NCBI GenBank assembly: GCA_019634385.1 | Contig: JAHQVK010000123.1 | Span: 1,142-65,141 of the forward strand | Source of the DNA: Myxococcales bacterium | GTDB taxonomy: Bacteria > Myxococcota > Kuafuiibacteriia > Kuafuiibacteriales > Kuafuiibacteriaceae | Direction of reading: 5' to 3' | Length of the DNA stretch: 64,000 nt | Shown: in pieces, positions 48,779 to 59,756 of the stretch | Position numbering within the stretch: the stretch's first letter is position 1 | Layout of the letters: every line of letters begins with the position of its first letter | Program-made: the position numbers and the translations under genes | The notes under the pieces: model-generated | Databases searched by the model: none | Seen by the model: only the letters and a program-made list of their open reading frames with translations | Told to the model about the DNA's origin: nothing

Positions 48779-49987
48779 GTGTTGGGCAAGTTTCAAGAGC
48801 TGGCTAAAGAAATCCCAAGCTTGTGGGTCAATCGGGAATTAGAGCCGGTTGTGGAACCTATGAATGTAGCTATTGTTGGATGCGGATATGTTGCTGATTT
48901 GTATATGCGCAACTTTGTGCTCCACCCGGAGCTTCAGCTGAGTGGCGTTTACGACCGCATCATAGAGCGGCGAGACAACTTTTCGAACTTTCACTCCGTG
49001 GGTATCTACCCTTCGTTAGAAGAGATTTTGAACGATCCAAAAGTGGATATTGTTCTAAATCTCACGAACCCAAGCTCCCACTATGAAGTATCAAAAGCCG
49101 CACTCCAGGCACATAAGCATGTGTACTCCGAAAAACCACTCGCGATGAGTTATGAACAGGCGGAGGAGTTGGTTTCCTTCGCCAAAACCCAAGGGCTTGA
49201 AATAGTAGCGGCTCCGTGCAACGTCTTGTCCGAGTCTGCTCAAACCCTGTGGAAGGCGCTTCGAGAAGAAAAGATAGGCAGAGTTCGAGCAGTATACGCG
49301 GAGATGGACGACGGCATGGTTCATCGGATGGCGTTTCAGCGGTGGGTGAGTGAGTCAGGTATTCCGTGGCCATATAAGGACGAATTTGAAGTGGGATGTA
49401 CACTCGAGCATGCCGGCTACTATTTGGGATGGCTTTTGGCCTTTTTTGGTCCGGTCACGACCATGACCTCATTTTCGGAAACGGTGGTAGAAGATAAGCT
49501 TGCTAACGAAGTGCTGGACGTTAATGCTGCGGACTTTTCAGTAGCTTGCCTAAAATTTGCCTCGGGGGTAGTAGCCCGGCTGACCTGTAGTATTATTGCT
49601 GAGCATGATCATGAGCTGAAAATTTACGGTGATCGCGGTGTACTTTTTACTGAGGACTGCTGGCGATATCGTTCCCCGGTCTATATAAAAAAGCGGATAA
49701 CCATTCGGAGAAAAACTCTAGTGACTCCGTGGAAAACTAAAGTTTCTTTGCAGGGCAAAGCATTGCCGCTCAACGCTCGGCAGGGCCCAGCACAGATGGA
49801 TTTTTGCCGTGGTCTTGGAGAGATGGTAAAGGCTATCCGTGTGGGTCGAAAGCCTCGGTTGTCATCTGAATTTTCGCTGCATGTCACAGAGTTGGCGTTG
49901 GCTATTCAGAATGCGGGGAATGAACAGGCGGTGTATAAACCAAGATCGACTTTTGAGCCCATGGAGCCCATGCCGTGGGCTACATAA
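48779..49987 (+). CDS. Gfo/Idh/MocA-family NAD(P)-dependent oxidoreductase
   Basis: MNVAIVGCGYVADLYMRNF.. is a Rossmann fold. ..EKPLAMSYEQAEELV.. is a signature of the family. The likely start is 48860. Confidence 0.8.
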   Translation: MLGKFQELAKEIPSLWVNRELEPVVEPMNVAIVGCGYVADLYMRNFVLHPELQLSGVYDRIIERRDNFSNFHSVGIYPSLEEILNDPKVDIVLNLTNPSSHYEVSKAALQAHKHVYSEKPLAMSYEQAEELVSFAKTQGLEIVAAPCNVLSESAQTLWKALREEKIGRVRAVYAEMDDGMVHRMAFQRWVSESGIPWPYKDEFEVGCTLEHAGYYLGWLLAFFGPVTTMTSFSETVVEDKLANEVLDVNAADFSVACLKFASGVVARLTCSIIAEHDHELKIYGDRGVLFTEDCWRYRSPVYIKKRITIRRKTLVTPWKTKVSLQGKALPLNARQGPAQMDFCRGLGEMVKAIRVGRKPRLSSEFSLHVTELALAIQNAGNEQAVYKPRSTFEPMEPMPWAT

Positions 49988-50528
49988 AGAAAATAAGTTG
50001 AGTGGTAGTTTGGAAAGCCTCGGTGTCCTCGCCGTTGAATGATATTAGATAGTTACCATCAACTTGGATACCCAAAAAGAGATCTCGCCGAATTTTGAAC
50101 TCGATTCCGCCAAGGAGTCCCGGCCCCCATTGAGTCACACTGCTCAAACTGGTGTTGAAGACTAAATGAAAACAACTAGCCACACCCAAAAAAGGGCGTA
50201 GGCTATCGGTCCAAATATAGTATCGCGCATCAATAGGGGTGAGGTGTAGCACTATATTGGTGCGATTTTTGGGGGTGACATCTCCGCGAAAGGAGATGAG
50301 AGACCGTGCGGTAAGCCACCAGTGATCGCTGATTTTGAAACCACCTCGTGCACCGAAGTTTGCACCGTGGGAAATAAGCCCAAGATCGTCCTCGATGAAC
50401 TGGTATCCGGCTTCTATCCCAAATTGTTGGCTTTGATATTGGGCGTACCCTTGAGATGTGCCTAGGTTACAACTGCCTATATATATCAAGACAGTCATCC
50501 GTATTGAATTCTTTTTGAAGGAGGTCAT
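49980..50528 (-). CDS. Putative outer-membrane beta-barrel protein (OmpA-like/porin family)
   Basis: A signal-peptide-like N-terminus is followed by alternating hydrophobic beta-strand patterns (..GFKISDHWWLTARSLISF.., ..GGIEFKIRRDLFLGIQVDGNYLISF..). This is a lower-GC region. Confidence 0.45.
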   Translation of the reverse strand: MTSFKKNSIRMTVLIYIGSCNLGTSQGYAQYQSQQFGIEAGYQFIEDDLGLISHGANFGARGGFKISDHWWLTARSLISFRGDVTPKNRTNIVLHLTPIDARYYIWTDSLRPFLGVASCFHLVFNTSLSSVTQWGPGLLGGIEFKIRRDLFLGIQVDGNYLISFNGEDTEAFQTTTQLIFFM

Positions 50529-50567
50529 TTCTTATATGTATAGTAACTATAAACAACGTGGGTAGTT

Positions 50568-51728
50568 ATGTATTTAAGGAGTATGGTGTGTTCGCAGGTA
50601 AAGCGTCAGGAGCAGTGGGTATTATTATCGGTTGTAAGCGGATGGATGTTGGTATGTGCTTCATGTGTAAACCATGTGATTCATTCCCATGCGGTGAAGC
50701 ATCAGAATGTGGCTATACGTTACTTGGAGGATGGTAAGTGTATTAAGGCGGAAGAGCGGTTTCGTTTAGCCTTGGAATACGGGGACCAATTTGCTCATCC
50801 CCATAACGGACTAGGGATGGTAGCCTTACTTTGTAGAAGTGACCTAGACCAGGCAGCTCAGCATTTTAAAGATGCCTTAGCTATTGATGATGACTTTGCC
50901 GAGGCTCACAATAATTTAGGAACAACTTTTTTTCGCCGCAGCCCCTCGCAATATAGAGAAGCCTGTGAACGGTTTGAGGCGGCGATTGAGATCAATCCGG
51001 CCTATTTGGATGCCCGAGAGAACCTGGGTATGTGCCTTGTTCGTTGGGGCGTAGAGCAGGGGGAAAAGGGGAATACGGCCGCCCGAAAGAGACATTTTAG
51101 AAAAGCTCGTAGTCATCTGCTTCGCTTAAGAGAACTATCCCCCACAAATACTAATGCCGAACACCACTTAGGTTTTATGCACCTGAGCATGGAGCGATAC
51201 GAAGCGGCTGAACGTCATTTTCAGCGTTGCTTGGAGATCGATACTGACAAGTCCGCTTGCGCCTACAATTTGGGGTATGTGTACCTTCTCTCTGGGCGTT
51301 GCTGGGACGCCATCCGGTTGTTTTTCTCTGTGCTCCGTGACCCACAAGCCGTAGATACGGCAGTGGGTGCCGGGCGCAACGTGAGGGTGGCTTATGAGTT
51401 ATGTGCTGCAAAAGATCATGTTATCCAGTTGTTCTTAGACCGTATTCGCTTAGCGTTTGAAGATCCTGGTCTCCATGACGAGTTGGGAAAATTGTACCTG
51501 GAGCGGGGACTCAATCGTCAGGCAATCCAAGAGTGGAAGAATGCTCTCGCCCTCGATCCGAGGTATTGTCAGGGGCACTATCAGTTGGCAAAGGAAGCGA
51601 ATCATCGGCGAGACTTGGTTACGGCGCGCCGTCACTGCCGGGACTTTGCAACTTGTACGGGCAGTACGGCATCGGGCTTAAAATATTTGCGTTGGTGCAA
51701 GTTTAAGCACCAACTGAGTGCTCCATGA
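50568..51728 (+). CDS. TPR-repeat protein
   Basis: At least 7 TPR-like units (..AHNNLGTTFFRRSPSQYREACERFEAAIEINPAY.., ..HHLGFMHLSMERYEAAERHFQRCLEID..). Confidence 0.6.
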   Translation: MYLRSMVCSQVKRQEQWVLLSVVSGWMLVCASCVNHVIHSHAVKHQNVAIRYLEDGKCIKAEERFRLALEYGDQFAHPHNGLGMVALLCRSDLDQAAQHFKDALAIDDDFAEAHNNLGTTFFRRSPSQYREACERFEAAIEINPAYLDARENLGMCLVRWGVEQGEKGNTAARKRHFRKARSHLLRLRELSPTNTNAEHHLGFMHLSMERYEAAERHFQRCLEIDTDKSACAYNLGYVYLLSGRCWDAIRLFFSVLRDPQAVDTAVGAGRNVRVAYELCAAKDHVIQLFLDRIRLAFEDPGLHDELGKLYLERGLNRQAIQEWKNALALDPRYCQGHYQLAKEANHRRDLVTARRHCRDFATCTGSTASGLKYLRWCKFKHQLSAP

Positions 51729-52729
51729 GCACGGGGGAGGCTGATCTCGGAACCTTACCACCGATGGTACAAATGGTGGTTGAAGTGGTGCTTCCCCACG
51801 CTGGGCCTTGCGCCTTCGAATACGATTTTTCTCAATCAATTATTAGTCTGGGGAGGGATCCTAGTAACGACATTCCGATCCCGCTGACCTCAGTCAGTCG
51901 CCATCATGCTCGTGTCTTTTTTGAAGCCGGAAATTTTTTTCTTGAGGATCTTCGTAGTTCTCATGGCACTGAGCACAATCAACATCGGTTGGAGCCGCCG
52001 GAACGTCGGCGACTTATGTCCGGTGACACCATTCGTATTCTTGCTTTTCGCATCACGTTTTCTATGGGGCCGGATCCATGGTTGGTCCAGGGTTCCAACG
52101 AGTCTACGGAACACTTAGTCCGGCGTATGGTGGGACACATATTGGCGGATCTTGGACAATCACGCCCTGATCAGTTGCCGGCCCTAACTGTGATGAACGG
52201 TGCTTTTGAGGGGCTGCGCCACATCCTTTCACCCGACGTATCGGTAGTGGTGGTTGGTCGCAGTCCGGCGTGCGAACTAACATTGGATGATGAGAATATT
52301 TCTCGTCGCCATTGTCTGGTTCGGCGGGATACGTACGGCTTTAGCGTCCAAGATCTCGGCTCCCTAAATGGGGTGCAACTAAACGGACAGCGATTGCTGG
52401 CTGAGGGTCGATTACAAGATGGCGATGAGCTTGCGTTGGGACCCATAAAACTGACCTTTCTGGACCCTCCCTCTCGGATTCTTCATAGCCTGGGAGGTGC
52501 GTCCAGGGTTTGCGAGGGTGCGGAAGTTGCTCGGGTCATTGTTGATGGGACGATTGAACTCCAGTCTGATGGGTCTGAGGAAGCCGATCCTCAACAACTA
52601 CTGTCAGAAGCGGACCAAAAACTGATCCAAGCCGCTGGTCAGGTATCAAGTCTAGAGACGGTTAGTCTGTTGATTGGGGTATGTTTTCTCTTGCTGAGCT
52701 TGGTGTTTATTGGAGTAATTTTTATTTGA
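51725..52729 (+). CDS. Double-FHA-domain protein with C-terminal TM anchor
   Basis: FHA1 is ..[45 protein letters not shown]2 is ..[50 protein letters not shown].. The C-terminal helix is [19 protein letters not shown]. The ATGA overlap couples it to the TPR gene. Confidence 0.8.
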   Translation: MSTGEADLGTLPPMVQMVVEVVLPHAGPCAFEYDFSQSIISLGRDPSNDIPIPLTSVSRHHARVFFEAGNFFLEDLRSSHGTEHNQHRLEPPERRRLMSGDTIRILAFRITFSMGPDPWLVQGSNESTEHLVRRMVGHILADLGQSRPDQLPALTVMNGAFEGLRHILSPDVSVVVVGRSPACELTLDDENISRRHCLVRRDTYGFSVQDLGSLNGVQLNGQRLLAEGRLQDGDELALGPIKLTFLDPPSRILHSLGGASRVCEGAEVARVIVDGTIELQSDGSEEADPQQLLSEADQKLIQAAGQVSSLETVSLLIGVCFLLLSLVFIGVIFI

Positions 52730-52770
52730 AGTTTGCTTTTGCCTCATTTGCGGCCTACAGTGCTGCCGTT

Positions 52771-53949
52771 TTGCGGATTGACTCGGATAGCAAGGGGTGG
52801 GTAGCCCAAAAAGAAGGAACATCGCGAAACCCTGCGATTTTAGTTTTGGAGGATGGAACCCTCTTTGAGGGGACAGCTATTGGTGCTGATGGTTATGCAT
52901 CCGGAGAAGTGGTTTTTAATACGGCCTATACCGGCTATCAGGAGATCCTTACCGACCCATCTTACTGCCGGCAGATTGTGACCTTAACTTACCCTCACAT
53001 TGGTAATGTGGGGGTCAACGACAACGATGCTCAGAGTCGGGCGATTTTTGCCAGTGGCTTAGTTATTCGGGACTATCCGGTACTGTCCTCCAGTTGGCGA
53101 TCTCAGGGCGACTTGGACTCATATCTTAAAGAACGGCAGGTCGTGGGAATCGCGGATATCGATACTCGTCGTCTTACTCGCATCCTTCGGACAAAAGGGT
53201 CTCAACGCGGCTGTGTTGTGGCTGGCCCACAGATTGATCGGGAACAAGCATTGGCCGAGGCGCGGCGCTTTCCTGGGCTTGCGGGGATGGATCTAGCTAA
53301 GGAGACAACGACCGAGCATGGCTACACATTTGAGGAGTCAGTATGGCGTTGGCCTACAACTTCACCACCGCCAACTCCAAAATATAAGGTTGTGGCCTAT
53401 GATTTTGGGGTAAAGAAAGACATCTTGCGCATTCTTGTGGGCAAAGGTTGCGCGGTTGAGGTCGTTCCCGCACAAACATCCGCTGAGGTTGTGCTTGCTC
53501 GTTCTCCGGACGGAGTTTTTCTCTCTAATGGCCCCGGTGATCCAGAACCGTGTGCGTATGCCATCGAGGCCATTCGCAGCTTATTGGAAAAAGGTATTCC
53601 TATATTTGGGATTTGTCTTGGGCACCAACTATTGGCTCTAGCGACGGGTGCGACAACCACCAAAATGAAGTTTGGTCACCATGGAGCAAACCATCCGGTT
53701 TTGGACTTGGTCTCAAAGCAGGTTATGATCACTAGCCAGAATCACGGTTTCTGCGTGTCTTCGAAGGGTCTTCCAGACCATGTACGAGTGACTCATCGGT
53801 CGCTTTTTGATGATAGTATTCAAGGGATTGAGCATACAGATAGGCCGGCCTTCGGGTTTCAAGGACATCCAGAGGCAAGCCCTGGTCCTGCCGATGCCCA
53901 ATCTCTGTTTGATCGTTTTGTTCGCCTGATGCAGGCGGCTCGGATCTGA
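52771..53949 (+). CDS. carA: Carbamoyl-phosphate synthase small (glutaminase) subunit
   Basis: ..[60 protein letters not shown].. is followed by the GATase triad region (..GICLGHQLL..). The ORF opens at 52681, but the likely start is TTG 52771 downstream of the FHA gene stop. Confidence 0.85.
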   Translation: MRIDSDSKGWVAQKEGTSRNPAILVLEDGTLFEGTAIGADGYASGEVVFNTAYTGYQEILTDPSYCRQIVTLTYPHIGNVGVNDNDAQSRAIFASGLVIRDYPVLSSSWRSQGDLDSYLKERQVVGIADIDTRRLTRILRTKGSQRGCVVAGPQIDREQALAEARRFPGLAGMDLAKETTTEHGYTFEESVWRWPTTSPPPTPKYKVVAYDFGVKKDILRILVGKGCAVEVVPAQTSAEVVLARSPDGVFLSNGPGDPEPCAYAIEAIRSLLEKGIPIFGICLGHQLLALATGATTTKMKFGHHGANHPVLDLVSKQVMITSQNHGFCVSSKGLPDHVRVTHRSLFDDSIQGIEHTDRPAFGFQGHPEASPGPADAQSLFDRFVRLMQAARI

Positions 53950-53956
53950 GCAAACC

Positions 53957-56900
53957 ATGCCGAAGCGTGACGATATTAAAAGTATTATGATCATCGGGGC
54001 TGGTCCAATTGTGATTGGACAGGCCTGCGAGTTTGATTACTCAGGAGCTCAGGCTGTCAAAGCCCTCAAGGAGGAAGGCTACCGAGTCATATTGGTGAAC
54101 TCCAATCCGGCCACGATAATGACCGATCCGGAGTTGGCTGATGCAACTTATATCGAGCCGGTAAATTGGCGTACCATGGAGCGCATTATAGAGAAGGAGC
54201 GGCCTGATGCGTTGCTCCCAACTATGGGCGGGCAAACAGCTCTCAATTGTGCTCTCGATTTGGCTAAGCAGGGGGTCCTAGAACGTTTTGGCGTAGAAAT
54301 GATCGGGGCGGACGAAGAAGCTATCGACAAGGCTGAAGATCGCAAGAAGTTCCGAGCTTGTATGGATAAGCTCGGACTAGAGTCGCCTCGTTCGTTTTTG
54401 GCTCATTCCATGGATGAAGCCTGGGAAGCACAAAAAAAGCTCGGGTTCCCGGTGGTGATTCGGCCGAGTTTTACTCTTGGGGGTAGCGGTGGGGGTATCG
54501 CGTTCAACCGCGAAGAGTTTGAGCACATTTGTAACAATGGCCTAGAACTATCTCCGGTTGATCAACTTCTGCTCGATGAGTCCATTATCGGATGGAAAGA
54601 ATTCGAGATGGAGGTTGTTCGGGATCGCCGTGACAACTGTATTATTGTCTGTTCGATCGAAAATGTTGATCCTATGGGTGTCCACACTGGAGACTCTATT
54701 ACGGTAGCTCCGGCTCAGACTTTGACCGATCGTGAATATCAGCGGATGCGGGATGCCTCGATTGCGATTCTCCGAGAAATCGGGGTCGAAACTGGTGGCT
54801 CGAATGTGCAGTTTGCGGTCGACCCTAAAACCGGACGTATGGTTGTTATCGAGATGAATCCTAGAGTCTCTCGGTCTTCAGCCCTCGCGTCTAAGGCCAC
54901 GGGATTTCCTATTGCCAAGGTTGCTGCCAAACTAGCGGTCGGTTTCACTCTCGATGAACTCCGGAACGAAGTCACTGGGGGGAGTACTCCCGCATCTTTT
55001 GAACCGACCATCGATTACGTGGTGACCAAAGTTCCAAGGTTTACCTTTGAAAAGTTTCCAGCCGCTGAAGCCAAACTGTCCACGCAGATGAAATCGGTTG
55101 GGGAGGCAATGGCCGTCGGGCGGACTTTTCAGGAGTCGCTTCAGAAAGCACTTCGCAGTCTTGAAACCGATCGCTGCGGGCTCAATGAGCGCCTTGACCC
55201 GAAAATGGCCCATGCTACCGCTATGGAAAGAGTGCGAGCGGAGCTTGTTTATCCGGGGCCTGACCGCCTCTGGTATATTGCAGATGCCTTTCGGGTGGGC
55301 CTAAGTTTCGAAGAAGTCCGGAATGGATGTCAGTACGACCCTTGGTTTCTGGCCCAGATCGAAGACCTGGTCAGGATTGAGGCATCGATTCGGAATCGGC
55401 CATTAGAAACGCTCGATCATCACGAATTCCGCCAGCTGAAGCGCAAAGGTTTTTCTGACCAGCGCTTGGCTCAACTGCTTTCTACTGACGAGGACAAGGT
55501 TCGAGCGTACCGATATCAGCTAGATGTCCATCCGGTTTTTAAGCGGATAGATACTTGTGCGGGTGAATTTTCGGCTGAGACCGCCTATATGTACTCCACC
55601 TACGATGAGGAATGTGAGTCCGAGCCTACAAAACGAGACAAGATTCTCGTTTTGGGTGGAGGGCCTAACCGCATTGGTCAGGGAATTGAGTTCGATTACT
55701 GCTGCGTACATGCCGTTCAAGCTATGCGCGAAGATGGTCTCGAAACCATCATGCTAAACTGTAATCCGGAGACTGTTTCAACGGATTATGATACATCTGA
55801 TCGGTTATACTTTGAACCTCTTACCCTTGAGGATGTTCTGGAAGTTATCCGAAAGGAATCTCCCAAGGGTGTGGTTGTTCAATATGGGGGGCAGACGCCT
55901 CTTAAGCTGGCTCGAGCTCTGGAAGCAGAGGGAGCTCCCATTGTAGGGACCTCCCCGGACGCTATTGATCTGGCGGAAGACCGGGAACGTTTCCAGCAGA
56001 TGCTGGAAAATCTGGGGCTCAAGCAGCCACCCAATCGCATTGCACGATCGGTGGATGACGCGGTGCGCTTGGCTCAGGAGATTGGTTACCCGTTGGTTGT
56101 TCGCCCGTCTTATGTGCTGGGAGGGCGAGCGATGGAAGTTGTCCACGATGATGACGATCTTACTCGGTATATGCGGGAGGCAGTCCAGGTAACCATGGAT
56201 GCGCCCATCCTTTTAGACCGCTTCATTGATGACGCGATAGAAGTGGACGTGGATGCCGTCGGTGATGGGAAAGATGTGCTTGTAGGAGGGATAATGGAGC
56301 ATATCGAGCAGGCTGGGATTCACTCTGGAGATAGTGCTTGCTGTTTGCCTCCTGCAAACCTTTCGGCCGCGATTCAGGATGAACTTCGGCGTCAGGTTCG
56401 ATTGATGGCTGCCAAGCTAGAAGTTCGGGGGCTGATGAATACCCAGTTTGCGATAAAAGATAACGATGTTTACGTGTTGGAGGTAAATCCCAGAGCCTCT
56501 AGAACTATACCCTTTGTTTCTAAGGCTATTGGTCGGCCGCTAGCTAAGATAGGGGCGCGGTGCATGGTGGGGCGTTCACTCGCAGCGCAAGGTGCCTTGG
56601 ATGAGATTGTTCCCCCATATTTTTCGGTCAAGGAGGCGGTGTTCCCATTTGTGAAGTTCCGCGGCGCGGATCCGATCTTGGGACCGGAGATGCGGAGCAC
56701 TGGGGAAGTTATGGGAGTAGGTAATGTATTTGGCGAAGCTTTTTCTAAAAGCCAGCTTGCGGCTTCGGTGACTCTGCCTGCTGGGGGGCGAGTGGTACTT
56801 AGCGTTCGCCGGGGTGATCGCTCTAAATTGCCTGCATTGGGCAAAGCCCTGGTGGATGCAGGTTTTGAGCTGATGGCTACTCGAGGAACGTCTCAGGTGC

Positions 56901-57178
56901 TGCGATCGGCTGGTCTCCAATGTGAGGTTGTGGCCAAAGTATCGGAGGGGCGGCCGCACATTGTAGATGTGATCAAGAACCGTGAGGCAGCGCTGGTGGT
57001 CAATACAACGGAGGGCCGTAAGTCTATCGAAGATTCTGCGGAGATCCGTCGCAGTGCTCTTCGAGAGGGTATAGCCTACTGCACGACAGTGTCAGGCGCT
57101 TTTGCTGCCCTGGATGCACTACCGTACCGAGAGCTCAGCTCCGTGGCTTCCCTCCAAGAGCTGCATAACCGACTGTAG
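53957..57178 (+). CDS. carB: Carbamoyl-phosphate synthase large subunit
   Basis: [33 protein letters not shown].. is followed by two ATP-grasp halves and an MGS-like C-terminal domain; the protein is 1073 aa. Confidence 0.95.
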   Translation: MPKRDDIKSIMIIGAGPIVIGQACEFDYSGAQAVKALKEEGYRVILVNSNPATIMTDPELADATYIEPVNWRTMERIIEKERPDALLPTMGGQTALNCALDLAKQGVLERFGVEMIGADEEAIDKAEDRKKFRACMDKLGLESPRSFLAHSMDEAWEAQKKLGFPVVIRPSFTLGGSGGGIAFNREEFEHICNNGLELSPVDQLLLDESIIGWKEFEMEVVRDRRDNCIIVCSIENVDPMGVHTGDSITVAPAQTLTDREYQRMRDASIAILREIGVETGGSNVQFAVDPKTGRMVVIEMNPRVSRSSALASKATGFPIAKVAAKLAVGFTLDELRNEVTGGSTPASFEPTIDYVVTKVPRFTFEKFPAAEAKLSTQMKSVGEAMAVGRTFQESLQKALRSLETDRCGLNERLDPKMAHATAMERVRAELVYPGPDRLWYIADAFRVGLSFEEVRNGCQYDPWFLAQIEDLVRIEASIRNRPLETLDHHEFRQLKRKGFSDQRLAQLLSTDEDKVRAYRYQLDVHPVFKRIDTCAGEFSAETAYMYSTYDEECESEPTKRDKILVLGGGPNRIGQGIEFDYCCVHAVQAMREDGLETIMLNCNPETVSTDYDTSDRLYFEPLTLEDVLEVIRKESPKGVVVQYGGQTPLKLARALEAEGAPIVGTSPDAIDLAEDRERFQQMLENLGLKQPPNRIARSVDDAVRLAQEIGYPLVVRPSYVLGGRAMEVVHDDDDLTRYMREAVQVTMDAPILLDRFIDDAIEVDVDAVGDGKDVLVGGIMEHIEQAGIHSGDSACCLPPANLSAAIQDELRRQVRLMAAKLEVRGLMNTQFAIKDNDVYVLEVNPRASRTIPFVSKAIGRPLAKIGARCMVGRSLAAQGALDEIVPPYFSVKEAVFPFVKFRGADPILGPEMRSTGEVMGVGNVFGEAFSKSQLAASVTLPAGGRVVLSVRRGDRSKLPALGKALVDAGFELMATRGTSQVLRSAGLQCEVVAKVSEGRPHIVDVIKNREAALVVNTTEGRKSIEDSAEIRRSALREGIAYCTTVSGAFAALDALPYRELSSVASLQELHNRL

Positions 57179-57783
57179 TTGCAGCAAAAATTGTAGCTGC
57201 TCCCTCAGAGACTAGAAGGGGGCCGTAGCCTCCTTATCCGTCACTCCGATGGTCTTGCTCGATGTCATGATGAGATGTCAAAAGTAGGTGATTGTATCCG
57301 CTAGGTGGTTCTTCCTACTTTTGCGTTCGAGTTTTTACCCCAATAAAACTGTAATAACTGCTCGGTGAACCCCCAAAAGGACACATTCGCCAATGTCTGA
57401 TGAACCTTCGCCTGTGGAGCTTTTGGGGCCCGGACTACGGATGATACAGTACCCGGGTCTTGAACAAGACACCGCCAGTCGCGCCACGAGCGCTCGCTCT
57501 TCCTCGAAGACCTCACCGCGACGAGCAGCTTGCAGAGGTGATCGACTTGGTTATGCTTCCGCTGGGTGCTCGTCCGACGCCGGTTGCGTACGTAGAATGG
57601 GAGGAGGTGCCGCTTCTCCGGGTTTTAGCCTGTGAGTCGTATCATCGGTGCCTCGCATTTGCGGCTCAGGTGCGGTGGAAGAGTTTTCACTGCCGCCAGT
57701 GTCCGCGTAATCCGGTGTGTGGTGAAGGAAGGTCCCTTTCCGTAGCTGCTGCGGTTGAGGTCGTTGACCGGGGAGATTGATTC

Positions 57784-59274
57784 TTGGAACTACATGATAC
57801 TCTCACGGTTGCGGTTAAACACGGAGCTTCCGATGTTCATCTGAAGGCCGGACTACCGCCTATGTTTCGGCTGAATGGACGGCTGATTCCCCTCAAAGAG
57901 GCCCCTCGCGTGTCACCGGAAGAAATGAATCGGTTGGCGGCCTCCATCATGAACGATTACCAGCGGGAACACTTTAGGCAGTACAATGAGCTAGACCTCG
58001 CTTACGGAATCCCAGGTCTTGGACGATTTCGCGTCAATGTCTTCCAGCAGCGGGGGACGATCGGTATCGTGCTTCGCGTTATTCCGTTTACTATTCGCTC
58101 CCTTAAGGAATTATCTCTCCCCCGGATTCTAGAGACCATATCCATGGAGGAGCGAGGGCTGGTGCTGGTGACTGGAACCACGGGCTCTGGAAAGTCGTCG
58201 ACTATGGCGGCGATGGTTGATCATATAAACTGTAACAAAACTGTCCATGTTATGACAGTTGAGGATCCAATAGAGTTTCTTATTCGCGATAAGCGCTCGG
58301 TGATAAATCAGCGCGAGGTTGGCGTGGATACCGCATCATTTGGGCAAGCGTTAAGGTCTGCTCTAAGGCAGGATCCGGATGTAATTCTCGTTGGAGAGAT
58401 GCGGGATCTAGAGACGATCCAGACCGCCCTTACCGCGGCGGAAACCGGGCATCTCGTTCTTTCTACCCTCCATACGGTTGATGCTACCGAAACCATCTCC
58501 CGGATTGTGTCTGTCTTTCCGCCACACCAACAGCAACAGGTTCGGCTGCAGTTGGGGGCAACGCTCAAAGCGGTCGTTTCTCAACGGCTTGTACCAACAA
58601 AGGACAAAAGGGGAAGATTGCCGGCCCTGGAAATTCTCCGCAATACGCCACGCATTCGGGAGCTGCTCGAGGATGCTGAGCGAACGCGAGAGGTTAATGA
58701 TGCCATAGCGGAAGGACATATATCTTACGGCATGCAGACCTTTGACCAGTCTCTGATGCAGCATTTTCGCGAAGGTCGTATTTCTTACGATGAGGCGCTG
58801 CGCCAGGCTGGCAATCCTAGCAACTTTGCTCTGCGGGTGCAGGGCATTGAGTCTGCCTCGGACGGTAAGTGGGAAGGCTTTGATCAACAACCGGGACCTG
58901 AAGGCGCACCAGGAATAAGATCGCGCTCGCAACCGAAGGTTGATCAACATCGGTCTGATTTTGGGGGAGCGGTTACACCGCGTAGTTCTCGCCGGAGGTC
59001 GGTGAGAACCGGCGATGATGTCTCGCGTTTAGCCAAAGACGTACCCGACGAGGAACTGCCCCGGGGGCAAACGAGTGTATTTCTCCTCCCTCCCGAGATG
59101 CGGGTAAAAGATTTTGACGATGAATCAATTACTCGGGTTTCTCCTCTGACTGAGGCGTCTAAGCGTTCGCTACGAACGGAAGACTCGGGCCGCAAGCGAC
59201 GGAACACTGCCGCAAAGCGGCAGCCTTCTTGGCCCGGTGACTTGGATAGCTCTGACCGGGATGAGTCTCTATGA
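57784..59274 (+). CDS. pilT: PilT-family type IV pilus retraction ATPase homologue with about 150-aa disordered C-terminal extension
   Basis: ..GASDVHLKAGLPPMFRLNGRLIPL.. is followed by the Walker A LVLVTGTTGSGKSST, Asp box, His box and ..AIAEGHISYGMQTFDQSL.. The tail (residues about 350-496) is low-complexity and charged. Confidence 0.85.
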   Translation: MELHDTLTVAVKHGASDVHLKAGLPPMFRLNGRLIPLKEAPRVSPEEMNRLAASIMNDYQREHFRQYNELDLAYGIPGLGRFRVNVFQQRGTIGIVLRVIPFTIRSLKELSLPRILETISMEERGLVLVTGTTGSGKSSTMAAMVDHINCNKTVHVMTVEDPIEFLIRDKRSVINQREVGVDTASFGQALRSALRQDPDVILVGEMRDLETIQTALTAAETGHLVLSTLHTVDATETISRIVSVFPPHQQQQVRLQLGATLKAVVSQRLVPTKDKRGRLPALEILRNTPRIRELLEDAERTREVNDAIAEGHISYGMQTFDQSLMQHFREGRISYDEALRQAGNPSNFALRVQGIESASDGKWEGFDQQPGPEGAPGIRSRSQPKVDQHRSDFGGAVTPRSSRRRSVRTGDDVSRLAKDVPDEELPRGQTSVFLLPPEMRVKDFDDESITRVSPLTEASKRSLRTEDSGRKRRNTAAKRQPSWPGDLDSSDRDESL

Positions 59275-59753
59275 AGAGCCCCTGGGGATCATCCAATAAA
59301 CGGAAACGATCCATATTAGATGATGCGGTGCGTGTCTTAGCTCACAGGAGTCATGGTCGGAAGGAACTGGAAGCTAAACTGCGCCAACGTGGTCACACGA
59401 ATGCAGACATTGTGTCCGTATTTCAACGGCTTGAAGAATTATCCTACCTCGAGTCTGATACCGAGCTCGCGGAGCGTTATGCTCTGGAGTTGGCTAGGAA
59501 GCGAGGGGCAACACCGCTGATGACCGCGCGAAAGTTGCGCAGTCGGGGGTTCAGCGAAGCGGATAGTAAGGCTGCAGTCGAAACCGCGTTTCAGGCATGG
59601 GACCCTCAAGCGGCTGCTCTAGAGACGGTTGAAGGGGTGTCGGACCCTGCGAAAGCAGCTCGTCGGCTTCTGAATCGAGGCTTTCCGTCCGATGCGGTGG
59701 CAAGGGTGGTGTCTCGCCTGCGAGATGCTGCCTCCGTCGAGGAGGATGTCTAA
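59271..59753 (+). CDS. recX: RecX-family regulatory protein
   Basis: It has three-helix repeats (..AVRVLAHRSHGRKELEAKLRQRGH....VFQRLEELSYLESDTELAERYA..). The ATGA overlap couples it to pilT. Confidence 0.7.
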   Translation: MKSPWGSSNKRKRSILDDAVRVLAHRSHGRKELEAKLRQRGHTNADIVSVFQRLEELSYLESDTELAERYALELARKRGATPLMTARKLRSRGFSEADSKAAVETAFQAWDPQAAALETVEGVSDPAKAARRLLNRGFPSDAVARVVSRLRDAASVEEDV

Positions 59754-59756
59754 GTC

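Noticed and set aside
57179-57783. Small Cys-containing ORF 57460..57780 upstream of pilT, which might be a zinc-ribbon partner.
   Set aside because: It has no motif support and overlaps another equally long ORF (57393..57635). It is more likely 5' UTR. It is kept out of the feature list.
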